Below, piece after piece: positions 10,499 to 20,463 of a stretch of 64,000 nucleotides of DNA; the first letter of the stretch is position 1; each line of letters starts with the position of its first letter. Source of the stretch: Cyanobacteriota bacterium. GTDB lineage: Bacteria > Cyanobacteriota > Cyanobacteriia > Cyanobacteriales > Nostocaceae. Where the stretch lies: positions 32,001 through 96,000 of the forward strand of contig JBJOKS010000002.1 in the NCBI GenBank assembly GCA_046045965.1, written 5' to 3'. The position numbers and the translations under genes are program-made. The notes under the pieces are model-generated. The model had not been told where the DNA came from. It searched no databases and saw only the letters and a list, made by a program, of their open reading frames with translations.

Positions 10499-13400
10499 AT
10501 GAATAAAAAAAATATTGAAAATATTTATCCTCTTTCGCCTACCCAACAAGGCATACTTTTTCATACTCTCCGCGCACCAGAATCAGGAGTTTATGTAGTT
10601 CAAAGCTGTTACACATTTAGCCAATCTATTAACATCGCTGCTTTTAAACAAGCTTGGCAACAAGTCATCAATCAGCACCCAATTCTCCGCACTTCTTTTC
10701 ACTGGAAACAGCACAAAGAACCGTTTCAAGTAGTACATAAATCTGTAGAATTACCTTGGCATCAACAGGACTGGCAAAACTTATCTGTCACTGCACAGCC
10801 AGAAAAATTAACAGCATTCTTAGCAGCAGATCGCCAACAAGGATTTGATATTTCTCAACCATCTTTAATGCGGTTGATATTGATTCAAATAGCCCCAGAA
10901 ACTTACCATTTTATTTGGAGTAGCCATCATTTAATTTTAGATGGGTGGTCTACAGCTTTGGTACTAAATCAGGTTTTTCAAGCTTACGAAGCATTATGTA
11001 AAGGACAAGTTTTTCCATTACCACATTCTCGTCCATATCAAGATTATATTGCTTGGTTACAACAGCAAAATTTAGCGAAAGCAGAAGAATTTTGGCGGAA
11101 ACACCTCAAAGGTTTTACTGCACCGACTCAACTAAAAGTTAATACTTTTGCTAATTCAATTACAGGATGTGGGGAAAAATCAATTAAGCTATCATCAGCA
11201 ACAACCACAGCATTACAATCATTTGCACGCCAACAAAAATTAACCTTAAATACTTTAATTCAAGGAACTTGGGCTATCCTTCTCAGTCGTTATAGTGGTG
11301 AAAAAGATATTGTTTTTGGATCTACTTCTGCTGGTCGTCCACCTAAGTTAATTGGTTCAGAATCAATGGTAGGTTTATTTATTAACACCTTACCAGTGCG
11401 TGTACAAATATCTGGAAACGAATTATTAATTCCCTGGTTGCAAAAACTTCAGGCGCAACAAATAGAAGCCCAGCAATATGAATATAGTCCTCTAGTTCAA
11501 GTCCAAGGATGGAGTGAAGTTCCGAGAGATTTGCCTTTATTTGAAACAATTTTAGTATTTGAAAACTACCCTGTAGATGCTGCCTTAAAAGCAAAAGCTA
11601 CAGAGATGCAAATCCATGATATTCGGTCTGCGGAATCAACAAATTATTCCCTTACTCTCTCAGTAGGGACAAGTACAGAATTAAAGTTAGAGATTTTATA
11701 TGATCGTAGTCGTTTTCATGCAGAAACTATAACTAGCATTTTAGGACATCTGCAAACATTATTGGAGGGTATTGTTGCCAATCCTCACCAATCTCTATCT
11801 TCATTACCTTTATTGACATCAGCCGAAATACATCAACAATTGGTGGAATGGAATAATACCCAAAGCAGCTATCCTCAAAATAAGTGTATCCATCAATTAT
11901 TTGAGAAACAGGTAGAAAAAACACCAGATGCAGTAGCGGTGGTGTTTAAAAATGACCAAATCACCTATCAACAACTCAACCAAAAAGCGAATCAACTAGC
12001 ACATTTTTTACAAAAATTGGGTGTAAAACCAGAAATACCAGTTGCCATTTGTATGGAACGTTCCCTGGAAATGGTAATTGGTGTATTAGGAATATTAAAA
12101 GCAGGTGGTGCTTATGTTCCCCTTGATCCTGCTTATCCAAAAGAAAGATTGAAATATATGTTTACCGATGCGGCAATATCGGTAATGCTCACTCAAAATA
12201 AATTATTAGCAAAATTGAGTGAATATCAAGAAAAAATTATTTGTTTAGATACTGACTGGGAGAATATTTCTCAAGAAAGTCAAGCAAATCCCTCAATTAA
12301 TATACAAGCTAATAACTTAGCTTATATCATTTACACTTCTGGTTCTACAGGAAAACCAAAAGGAGTAATGATTGAACATCAATCGTTAATAAATTTTACC
12401 GAAGCTGCCAAAGTTAAATACCAAATTCAACCGGGAGAAAGAATCTTACAATTTGCATCCATTAGTTTTGATGCTGCTGTTGAAGAAATTTATCCTTGTT
12501 TAACATCTGGTGCAACATTGGTACTGCGTACAGATGAAATGCTGACTTCTCTGGCTAAATTTATGGAAAACTGCCGCAATTGGCAAATTACAGTTTTGGA
12601 TTTACCTACAGCATACTGGCATTTAATAGTTTCCGAATTAGCAAATCACAACTTAACTTTACCAGAGTCATTAAGATTAGTCATTATTGGTGGAGAAAGC
12701 GCAATTCCTGAAAAAGTTGCAATTTGGCAACAGCAAGTAGGTACTTATCCTCAGTTAATTAATACCTATGGTCCAACAGAAACAACCGTAGTTGCCACCT
12801 ATTGTAATTTAACTACAACACAAATAAATGGGCAAGAAGTACCAATTGGTTGCCCTATTAATAATGTTCAAATATATCTCTTAGACCAGGACTTACAACC
12901 CTTACCTGTGGGTATACCTGGTGAAATCTACATTGGTGGTGCAGGTTTAGCAAGGGGTTATTTACACCGTCCTGAATTAACAGATGAAAAGTTTACACCC
13001 AATCCTTTTTTACCTGATGCTAAACTATATAAAACAGGAGATTTAGCTCGTTATCTTCCCAACGGTAATATTCAATTTATTGGACGTATTGATACTCAAA
13101 TAAAACTGCGCGGTTTTCGGATTGAACTAGGAGAAATTGAATCTGTTTTAATTCAACATCCAAATATTCAAGAAGCAGTAGTTACAGCGAGACAAAATAC
13201 CTTAGTAGGCTACATAGTTGCTGATTCTCAAAATATACCCAGCAGCAGCGACATTCAAAACTTCCTCAAAGAAAAGTTGCCAGAATATATGATTCCTAAT
13301 GGATTTATATTCTTAGAAAATCTGCCACTAACAACTAATGGCAAAATTGACCATCAAGCCTTACCCGCAGCAGATACGTCTATAACAGAAAGGAAAAAGC

Positions 13401-14878
13401 TATTTAAAGAAGCACGAACTTCCTTAGAGAAGGAATTGCTAACAATCTGGCGGGAAATTTTGCATCGTCCCCAAATTAGCATTGATGAAAACTTTTTCGA
13501 TTTAGGTGGACATTCTTTATTAATAGTTCAGTTATTTGCCCGTATCCGTTCTGCTTTCCAAATAGATTTACCCCTACAGACTTTGTTTGAAGCACCAACT
13601 ATAGAAACTCTTGCAGCACAATTAGAAATAGCCCGTCAAGCTAAATTATCCTCAACAATTACTCTTACTAATTCTACCTTAGACCTCAAAACTGAAGCAG
13701 TTCTTGATCCCACAATTACAGTTGAGGGTAAATCAATTGAATATACAAATGAACCAACTTGTATATTTATCACAGGTGCAACAGGTTTCGTAGGTGCTTT
13801 TTTACTCGACGAACTTCTCAATCAAAGTCAAGCTGAAATTTATTGCTTGGTACGTGCTAATAATTTTGCAGAAGGTAAGCAAAAAATTTATCAAGCTTTA
13901 ACAGCATATTCAATTGGGAATGAATCACAAATTTCTCGAATTGTTCCAGTTTTAGGAGATTTATCTCAACCGCTTTTAGGTCTTTCCCCAGCACAGTTTA
14001 CAGCACTAGCTCAAAAAATAGATGTTATTTACCATAATGGTGCATGGGTACATCATACTTATCCATACTCCACACTCAAAACCGCTAATGTTTTAGGTAC
14101 GCAAGAAGTTTTAAGATTAGCTAGTGAAATTAAAATTAAACCTGTACATTTCATTTCGACTATTAGCGTTTTTTCTGCACCTATAGGTTCTGGAGTACAT
14201 CTAGTTCAAGAACAGTCTAACCTTGATGATTTTCCCATACCAGAAGGTGGTTATACCCAAAGTAAATGGGTTGCAGAACAGCTAATTAATATTGCAAGTA
14301 AACGTGGCTTACCAGTTTCTATTTATAGATTAGGGAGGGTATCAGGACATAGCAGAACAGGTGTATTTAATCCTAATGACTTTTTTTATCGCTTACTTAT
14401 TGGCTGCATTCAATTAGGAAAAGTCCCTAATGTAGACTATTTAGAAAATCTCGCTCCTGTAGATTATGTCAGCAAAGCAATAGTCAATTTATCCCAAAAA
14501 CAACAATCTTTAGGAAAAGCTTTTCACTTACTCAATTCTCATTATCTCGATTTAAATATGCTATTCAATAGCATTCGTGAATTTGGTTATCCAATACAAG
14601 CAATTTCTCAAGCACAGTGGTATGAAGAATTAGTAAAAATAGCAGAAAATTATCCAGACCATCCTTTATATCCATTGATACCATTTTTCATGCACTCTCA
14701 TCAAACTAAAAACTTAAAAGTATTAAAATTTGATTGTGAGCAAACATTAAATTCACTGGCTAACAGTTCCATTTTTTGTCCAAAAATAGATGGAAACCTC
14801 TGCAAAACTTATATCTCACACTTGATTAGTAGTGGTTTAGTCCAAAAACCACAAAAACTGCAAATTTCTGTAAATTAA
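10499..14878 (+). CDS. Terminal NRPS module C(DCL)-A-T-R (thioester reductase), A predicted basic residue (Lys-like)
   Basis: HHLILDGWS; code read DAEDIGTVV; GGHSL; C-terminal SDR-type reductase with ITGATGFVG and YTQSK motifs; no TE domain. Confidence 0.93.
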   Translation: MNKKNIENIYPLSPTQQGILFHTLRAPESGVYVVQSCYTFSQSINIAAFKQAWQQVINQHPILRTSFHWKQHKEPFQVVHKSVELPWHQQDWQNLSVTAQPEKLTAFLAADRQQGFDISQPSLMRLILIQIAPETYHFIWSSHHLILDGWSTALVLNQVFQAYEALCKGQVFPLPHSRPYQDYIAWLQQQNLAKAEEFWRKHLKGFTAPTQLKVNTFANSITGCGEKSIKLSSATTTALQSFARQQKLTLNTLIQGTWAILLSRYSGEKDIVFGSTSAGRPPKLIGSESMVGLFINTLPVRVQISGNELLIPWLQKLQAQQIEAQQYEYSPLVQVQGWSEVPRDLPLFETILVFENYPVDAALKAKATEMQIHDIRSAESTNYSLTLSVGTSTELKLEILYDRSRFHAETITSILGHLQTLLEGIVANPHQSLSSLPLLTSAEIHQQLVEWNNTQSSYPQNKCIHQLFEKQVEKTPDAVAVVFKNDQITYQQLNQKANQLAHFLQKLGVKPEIPVAICMERSLEMVIGVLGILKAGGAYVPLDPAYPKERLKYMFTDAAISVMLTQNKLLAKLSEYQEKIICLDTDWENISQESQANPSINIQANNLAYIIYTSGSTGKPKGVMIEHQSLINFTEAAKVKYQIQPGERILQFASISFDAAVEEIYPCLTSGATLVLRTDEMLTSLAKFMENCRNWQITVLDLPTAYWHLIVSELANHNLTLPESLRLVIIGGESAIPEKVAIWQQQVGTYPQLINTYGPTETTVVATYCNLTTTQINGQEVPIGCPINNVQIYLLDQDLQPLPVGIPGEIYIGGAGLARGYLHRPELTDEKFTPNPFLPDAKLYKTGDLARYLPNGNIQFIGRIDTQIKLRGFRIELGEIESVLIQHPNIQEAVVTARQNTLVGYIVADSQNIPSSSDIQNFLKEKLPEYMIPNGFIFLENLPLTTNGKIDHQALPAADTSITERKKLFKEARTSLEKELLTIWREILHRPQISIDENFFDLGGHSLLIVQLFARIRSAFQIDLPLQTLFEAPTIETLAAQLEIARQAKLSSTITLTNSTLDLKTEAVLDPTITVEGKSIEYTNEPTCIFITGATGFVGAFLLDELLNQSQAEIYCLVRANNFAEGKQKIYQALTAYSIGNESQISRIVPVLGDLSQPLLGLSPAQFTALAQKIDVIYHNGAWVHHTYPYSTLKTANVLGTQEVLRLASEIKIKPVHFISTISVFSAPIGSGVHLVQEQSNLDDFPIPEGGYTQSKWVAEQLINIASKRGLPVSIYRLGRVSGHSRTGVFNPNDFFYRLLIGCIQLGKVPNVDYLENLAPVDYVSKAIVNLSQKQQSLGKAFHLLNSHYLDLNMLFNSIREFGYPIQAISQAQWYEELVKIAENYPDHPLYPLIPFFMHSHQTKNLKVLKFDCEQTLNSLANSSIFCPKIDGNLCKTYISHLISSGLVQKPQKLQISVN

Positions 14879-14898
14879 TTCACATCCTCACAACTATC

Positions 14899-16323
14899 AT
14901 GAAGAAAAAATTTTTTAGCTTACAACAAACCTTATCTCCTACCGAGGTTGTACCTCAAAATACACCAGAAAGTTACTTGTCTCAATTCATTAAAAATTAT
15001 AATGCTAGGACAAAAACATCAAAACAAATTACACAAGACTATCGAGCTACTTTAGCTGATAGCCGCAATCCCTATGGGTTTAGTTTGCCTTTGAAAGAGC
15101 TTTGTTATCCCATTGTCGCGCAAAAATCTTTAGGTTCAAGAATTTGGGATGTTGACGGTAATGAATATATAGATTTGGTTATGGGATTAGGTATCAATCT
15201 TTTTGGACATAACCCACCTTTTATTAAACAAGCTTTACTTGAACAACTAGACCAAGGTATTCACATTGGACCACAAACAGAATTAGCTGGTGAAGTTGCG
15301 GAGTTAATCTCAGACCTGACAGGAATGGAAAGAGTAACTTTTAGTAATACAGGCACAGAAGCAGTAATGACAGCAATTCGTATTGCTAGAGCCGCAACAA
15401 AGCGTTATAAAATAGCCATCTTTTCTGGTTCATATCATGGTCATTCTGATGGAACTTTAGTAAAATTGCAAGAATTAGATGGAAAATTGCAAACAGTTCC
15501 TTTAACTTGTGGAGTTCCAAAAAGTATTGTTGAAAATGTGTTGATTTTGGATTATGGAAATCCTCAATCATTGGAAGTAATTAAAACTCATGGCAAAGAA
15601 TTAGCTGCTGTTTTAGTTGAACCTGTACAAGATGGTTGTCTCGATTTACAACCAAAAGAATTTCTGCATCAATTGCGGCAATTAACCACAGAGTTAGGTA
15701 TAGTTTTGATTTTCGATGAAATGATTACTGGGTTTAGAATTCATCCAGGTGGAGCGCAAGCATGGTTTGATGTTCAGGCAGATATAGCTACTTACGGAAA
15801 GATTGTTGGTGGAGGAATGCCAATTAGTGTGATTGCTGGTAAAGCTGTTTATATGGATAAAATTGATGGCGGTATGTGGAACTATGGAGATTCTTCTTTT
15901 CCCCAGGTAGAAACAACATTTTTTGCAGGTACATATTGTAAACATCCTTTATCTTTGGCAGCAGCAAAAGCTGTACTCAAGTATATGCAATCTCAAGGTT
16001 CTCAGTTGCAAACAAAATTGAATCAAAAAACAGCAGAGTTTGTAAAAACTTTAAATGATTATTTTGCAGTATTGGGTTTACCTATAAAAATGACACATTT
16101 TGGTTCTTTATTTGGTCCTGCTAGTTCTGGAGTGTCAGCCAGTTCCAATACAGATTCAGGAATAGGTTTAAGTTTATTAACCTATCATTTAATTCACAAA
16201 GGTATCTTGATTAGAGGTAGTAGCGGTTTTTTATCTACTGCTCATACCGATGAAGATATTAATTACATTATTCAAGCTGTTAAGGATAGTATCAGTGAAT
16301 TGGCTTCAGGAGGATTATTGTAA
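14899..16323 (+). CDS. Class III PLP aminotransferase (GSA-aminomutase-like, PKS/NRPS AMT type), stand-alone
   Basis: WDVDGNEYID, SNTGTEA, LIFDEMITGFR and PLP-lysine motif TYGKIVGGGMP. Confidence 0.9.
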   Translation: MKKKFFSLQQTLSPTEVVPQNTPESYLSQFIKNYNARTKTSKQITQDYRATLADSRNPYGFSLPLKELCYPIVAQKSLGSRIWDVDGNEYIDLVMGLGINLFGHNPPFIKQALLEQLDQGIHIGPQTELAGEVAELISDLTGMERVTFSNTGTEAVMTAIRIARAATKRYKIAIFSGSYHGHSDGTLVKLQELDGKLQTVPLTCGVPKSIVENVLILDYGNPQSLEVIKTHGKELAAVLVEPVQDGCLDLQPKEFLHQLRQLTTELGIVLIFDEMITGFRIHPGGAQAWFDVQADIATYGKIVGGGMPISVIAGKAVYMDKIDGGMWNYGDSSFPQVETTFFAGTYCKHPLSLAAAKAVLKYMQSQGSQLQTKLNQKTAEFVKTLNDYFAVLGLPIKMTHFGSLFGPASSGVSASSNTDSGIGLSLLTYHLIHKGILIRGSSGFLSTAHTDEDINYIIQAVKDSISELASGGLL

Positions 16324-16403
16324 TTGCAAAAATATTCTTGTGTAAAACTTTTGTATAAAAGTTGATGAATTTGGCAAAAAAATTATTTGAGGATACAAAA
16401 ATC

Positions 16404-17210
16404 ATGAAAATAACGCCTACTGAACGCATTAATCAACCATCAACAACAGAATTTTGGAATGAGTTTGTAGTTCCAGACAAACCAGTAATTATCACTGGAG
16501 TTGCTAATGAGTGGAAAGCTTGTGAACAGTGGACACCAGAGACATTTAAATCCATGTTTGGAGATGTAATTGCTCCTTTAAGAGCAAGTGATGATGAAAT
16601 AGAGGTATTCTTTGGTGGTTTGGCAGAAAAAAAACTCATTTCTATAGCTGATTATATAGACAGTATTTTGTCGGCAACTCAAGATGGTGAGAAACGGTTA
16701 TATTTAGGTAATATTCCCTTTGATTCTCCTATAGCTAAAGCCCATCTTGACAAAATCAGACCGGATTTTGAATTTCCTAATTATTTTCCAGACAATACTG
16801 GTAATGATTTACGTCTCTGGATTGGAGGAGCTAATCAAAAATCAACTATTCACAACGACAATTATCATAATCTTAATGCACAGATATTTGGTGAAAAAAC
16901 ATTTTTATTGTTTGCCCCAGAAGAGTATCAAAAATTATATGCTACAAAGATGGATGATGAATTATGGTCAAGTCCTATAGACCCGCAAAAGCCGAATTTA
17001 TCAAAATATCCATTATTTGATGATGTTACTGGATTAGAAGCTGTACTTACTCCAGGAGATATACTTTTTATTCCTGCTTTTTGGTGGCATCAAGCACGGT
17101 CAATTACACCAGCTATTAACGTTAATATGTGGGTTTATACTCATAAAATATGTGAAATTTGGGAACAACATCCTGTTTTGAGCGGAAATATGGCTAATGT
17201 TGTTTCGTAA
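16404..17210 (+). CDS. JmjC/cupin-8 Fe(II)/2-oxoglutarate hydroxylase
   Basis: KPVIITG, HxD (HND) and distal His (PAFWWHQ). ATG 16404 has a GAGGA RBS and is preferred over the track start at 16362. Confidence 0.85.
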   Translation: MKITPTERINQPSTTEFWNEFVVPDKPVIITGVANEWKACEQWTPETFKSMFGDVIAPLRASDDEIEVFFGGLAEKKLISIADYIDSILSATQDGEKRLYLGNIPFDSPIAKAHLDKIRPDFEFPNYFPDNTGNDLRLWIGGANQKSTIHNDNYHNLNAQIFGEKTFLLFAPEEYQKLYATKMDDELWSSPIDPQKPNLSKYPLFDDVTGLEAVLTPGDILFIPAFWWHQARSITPAINVNMWVYTHKICEIWEQHPVLSGNMANVVS

Positions 17211-17255
17211 AAGATAAACAACCAATAAATATCTCTGAAAAGTCCAAAAAATAAT

Positions 17256-17283
17256 GTAGAGGCGTTCCATGTACCGTCTCTAC
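17256..17283. repeat. REP-like palindrome GTAGAGGCG...CGTCTCTAC
   Basis: Imperfect inverted repeat in the intergenic gap, typical of cyanobacterial GTAG-type REPs. Confidence 0.6.
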
Positions 17284-17344
17284 GAAGTTTATGGAAATCT
17301 CTCATTTATAGTATGGTTTTTGCTACTTAGACAGGAGCAATAAT

Positions 17345-18679
17345 TTGCAAGTTCAAGAAATACAACAAACAAACTTACGCACATTTATTATCCTCTGGGC
17401 AACTCAGATATTGTCAGTGATTGGCTCAGAAATGACTTATTTTGCCATTACTATTTGGGCATGGAAGGTTACAGGACAAGCCACTTCTTTATCATTACTT
17501 CTGTTTTTTAACCAAATACCAAAATTAGTTACTGCGCTGTTTGTCGGTATTTTTGTTGATAAATGGAATCGCAAACGGTTAATGATTATCGGGGATACAG
17601 CAACGGGTATATCTACTATTGCTATCCTTTTACTATTTTTAACTAATCAACTAGAAATCTGGCATATCTACGTTGCCGCCGTTGTTATTGGACCTTTCCG
17701 TCATTTCCAATATTTTGCTTTTTCCACTTCTATTTCTACACTTGTACCAAAGCAGCATCTCACGCGAGCGGTGGTAATGACTGAACACATTGGGGAATTT
17801 ACTTCAAATATCATAGCACCAGGTTTAGCAGGAGCAATTTATTCTCTAATTGGTTTGCCAGGTATCCTAACAATTGATATTATCACTTTCCTCATAGCAG
17901 TTAGCGCCACTTGGTTGGTGCATATACCCCAACCTCTAGTAAGTGAAGTTAATCAAACTAAAGGTAAAATTTGGCAAGATTTAACTTTTGGTTATCGCTA
18001 TATTATTAAAAATTCTGGCTTATCAGTTCTCCTATTATTTTTAGTAATTTTTCATTTTATTGATGCCGTAACGATGGGTATACATTCACCTCTAATTTTG
18101 GCTCGCAGTGCTAATGATAGTGCTGTGTTTGCTGGTGTGCAATCTGCTATTGGTTTAGGTGGTTTAGTCGGTGCTTTATTATTAAGTATTTGGGGTGGTT
18201 TTAAACGGCGCATTCATGGTTTATTGTTAGGTACAATTTTTTACTATGGCATCATGATGGTATTTAGCTTAGTCAATTTACCTTCTATTTGGATGATTAC
18301 TGGGTTTATGGCTGCTGTATTTTGGCCGTGGATTACAAGTTCTAATCAAGTTATTTGGCTATCTAAAGTGCCACCAGATGTACAAGGAAGGGTGTTTAGC
18401 ACTCGTTATTTATTAACTTTAATAGCTTCACCTATTGGATTAGCGATCGCCGGTCCTTTAGCTGATAATTTTTTCCAACCAGCAATGATGTCTGAAGGTA
18501 TCCTCACACCAATATTTGGCAGTTTATTCGGTACAAGTTCTGGTGCTGGTTTGGCAGTTCAATATACTTTATTTTCTTTATTGGGTGCTGTTCTTGGTTT
18601 AGGCGGCTATACCTGGCGAAGATTGCGAAATGTAGAAACTATTGTGCCTGACTATGAAGACAAATATATCAAATCTTAA
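17345..18679 (+). CDS. MFS exporter (DHA3/EntS-like)
   Basis: About 12 hydrophobic segments; motif GIFVDKWNRKRLMI; VPPDVQGRVFS. Confidence 0.88.
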   Translation: MQVQEIQQTNLRTFIILWATQILSVIGSEMTYFAITIWAWKVTGQATSLSLLLFFNQIPKLVTALFVGIFVDKWNRKRLMIIGDTATGISTIAILLLFLTNQLEIWHIYVAAVVIGPFRHFQYFAFSTSISTLVPKQHLTRAVVMTEHIGEFTSNIIAPGLAGAIYSLIGLPGILTIDIITFLIAVSATWLVHIPQPLVSEVNQTKGKIWQDLTFGYRYIIKNSGLSVLLLFLVIFHFIDAVTMGIHSPLILARSANDSAVFAGVQSAIGLGGLVGALLLSIWGGFKRRIHGLLLGTIFYYGIMMVFSLVNLPSIWMITGFMAAVFWPWITSSNQVIWLSKVPPDVQGRVFSTRYLLTLIASPIGLAIAGPLADNFFQPAMMSEGILTPIFGSLFGTSSGAGLAVQYTLFSLLGAVLGLGGYTWRRLRNVETIVPDYEDKYIKS

Positions 18680-18784
18680 CTCTTGGTTAATTTGCCCCAA
18701 GCCAAATCCTCAAGCACATTTGCGTTTATTTTGCTTTCCTTAGTATAAATTGCGAATCTCCACTAACTACTATCAAAAATCTGA

Positions 18785-19489
18785 ATGAACGACAGACTCA
18801 GTAACAGCTTTATTACCAGTTCAGAACCATTCACAAAGACCCCCATTTTATCAGGAGAAAATCTCGGTAAAAAAATCCAAAATCAATGGTTATGGCGAAA
18901 CTTAAATTTTGAACTTTTATCAGGAGAAAGCGTTGCTGTAGTTGGTGCTTCTGGTTCTGGGAAGAGTCAGCTATTAAGAGCGATCGCTCATCTTGATTCT
19001 ATCCAATCAGGAAAATTTTTGTGGCAAGGAAAACCTATTGATTCTCAATATATACCCCGCTATCGCTCTCAAGTTATATATCTTCATCAACGTCCTGCAC
19101 TTTGGGAAGGAACTGTAGAAGATAACCTCAAACAAGTTTATCGTTTAGCAATCCATCGTCATCAAGTTTACAACCAACAATTAATTATTGACTATTTACA
19201 AATTTTACATAAACCTATTGATTTTTTACACCGTCCTGTGAGTGCAATTTCTGGAGGAGAAGCGCAAATTGTGGCTTTTTTACGTGCTTTGCAACTTTCA
19301 CCCCTAGTCTTATTACTCGATGAACCTACCGCTTCATTAGATGCAGAAACAGCCTCTTGTTTAGAAGCTTTAGTAACAGCTTGGCAAAAACAAGACCCAC
19401 AAAGAGCATATCTTTGGACAAGTCATAATCCCACTCAGTTGGAACGTATTACTAATCGTACAATTCAAATCACAGGGAACAGGGAATAG
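18785..19489 (+). CDS. ABC ATPase, FetA/YbbL-like
   Basis: Walker A GASGSGKS, ISGGE signature, LLLDEPT; paired with a FetB-like permease. Confidence 0.8.
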   Translation: MNDRLSNSFITSSEPFTKTPILSGENLGKKIQNQWLWRNLNFELLSGESVAVVGASGSGKSQLLRAIAHLDSIQSGKFLWQGKPIDSQYIPRYRSQVIYLHQRPALWEGTVEDNLKQVYRLAIHRHQVYNQQLIIDYLQILHKPIDFLHRPVSAISGGEAQIVAFLRALQLSPLVLLLDEPTASLDAETASCLEALVTAWQKQDPQRAYLWTSHNPTQLERITNRTIQITGNRE

Positions 19490-19554
19490 GGAAAACAATG
19501 TACCTTAAAAAAACAAGACTTTAAACTTTATTTTTTTGTAAAAATTCCATAATC

Positions 19555-20352
19555 ATGACTAAAAGTTATATTCCTATTAGTTACGCTCAACTAGCATTAG
19601 CAGCTTTATTTATTCTCATTAATATAGCTCTTTCATGGATTTTAAATTTAGGATTGGGAAAAAATCTATTAATTGCTTCCCTGCGAATGGTGGTGCAATT
19701 ACTCATGGTGGGATATATCCTGCAATGGGTATTCACTTTACGTAACCCGGTATTAATAATATGTGTAGCTTTGGCTATGACAATTATGGCGGTGATATCG
19801 AGTGTTAATCGTACTCGTCGGCGGTTTAATAGTATTTACTGGAATAATTTTATTTCTTTATTATGTGGTTCATTTTTAGTTACAGGCTTCACTGTTAGCG
19901 GCATTATTCAAGTAAAACCTTGGTATGATCCTCAGTATTTAATTCCTTTATTGGGCATGATTTTAGGTAATGCTTTAACAGGAACTTCTCTAACTTTAGA
20001 ACGCTTTACAGAAGATTTAATTAATCGTCGTGAACAAATTGAAGCATTGTTAACTTTGGGTGCAACTCGTTGGGAAGCTGCCCATCAAACTATTAGAGAA
20101 GCTTTAAGAGTTGGGATGATTCCTACTATTAATTCGATGATGGTGATGGGGTTAGTCAGTTTACCAGGAATGATGACAGGACAAATTCTAGCTGGTGCAA
20201 GTCCAACTGATGCTATCCGCTATCAAATTGTGATTATTTTTGCTCAAGCATCGGGAACAGCTATCTCCACAATGGGGGTTGTGTTACTGGCATTTTTGGC
20301 ATTATTTAATCAAAAACATCAAATGACAGATGCTTTATCCAAACAACCTTAG
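19555..20352 (+). CDS. fetB: Iron-export ABC permease FetB/YbbM-like
   Basis: RMVVQL, IPLLGMILGN, GLVSLPGMMTGQILAG and YQIVI motifs of the UPF0014 family. Confidence 0.85.
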   Translation: MTKSYIPISYAQLALAALFILINIALSWILNLGLGKNLLIASLRMVVQLLMVGYILQWVFTLRNPVLIICVALAMTIMAVISSVNRTRRRFNSIYWNNFISLLCGSFLVTGFTVSGIIQVKPWYDPQYLIPLLGMILGNALTGTSLTLERFTEDLINRREQIEALLTLGATRWEAAHQTIREALRVGMIPTINSMMVMGLVSLPGMMTGQILAGASPTDAIRYQIVIIFAQASGTAISTMGVVLLAFLALFNQKHQMTDALSKQP

Positions 20353-20410
20353 TCATAATTTTGATGGTATATTTATACAAATGTTGCAAGTTTTAGAACT
20401 ATTTAATATT

Positions 20411-20434
20411 GGACGGGCTAGAAGCCCATCCCAC
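20411..20434. repeat. REP-like hairpin between convergent genes, possible terminator
   Basis: GGACGGGCT-AGA-AGCCCATCC stem-loop. Confidence 0.5.
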
Positions 20435-20463
20435 AAGATTAAATTATTCGGATTATCAACCTA

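Noticed and set aside
1174..16980. Short antisense or alternative-frame ORFs inside NRPS and tailoring genes
   Set aside because: Shadow ORFs of long genes with no motifs; the same applies to other nested ORFs in the window.
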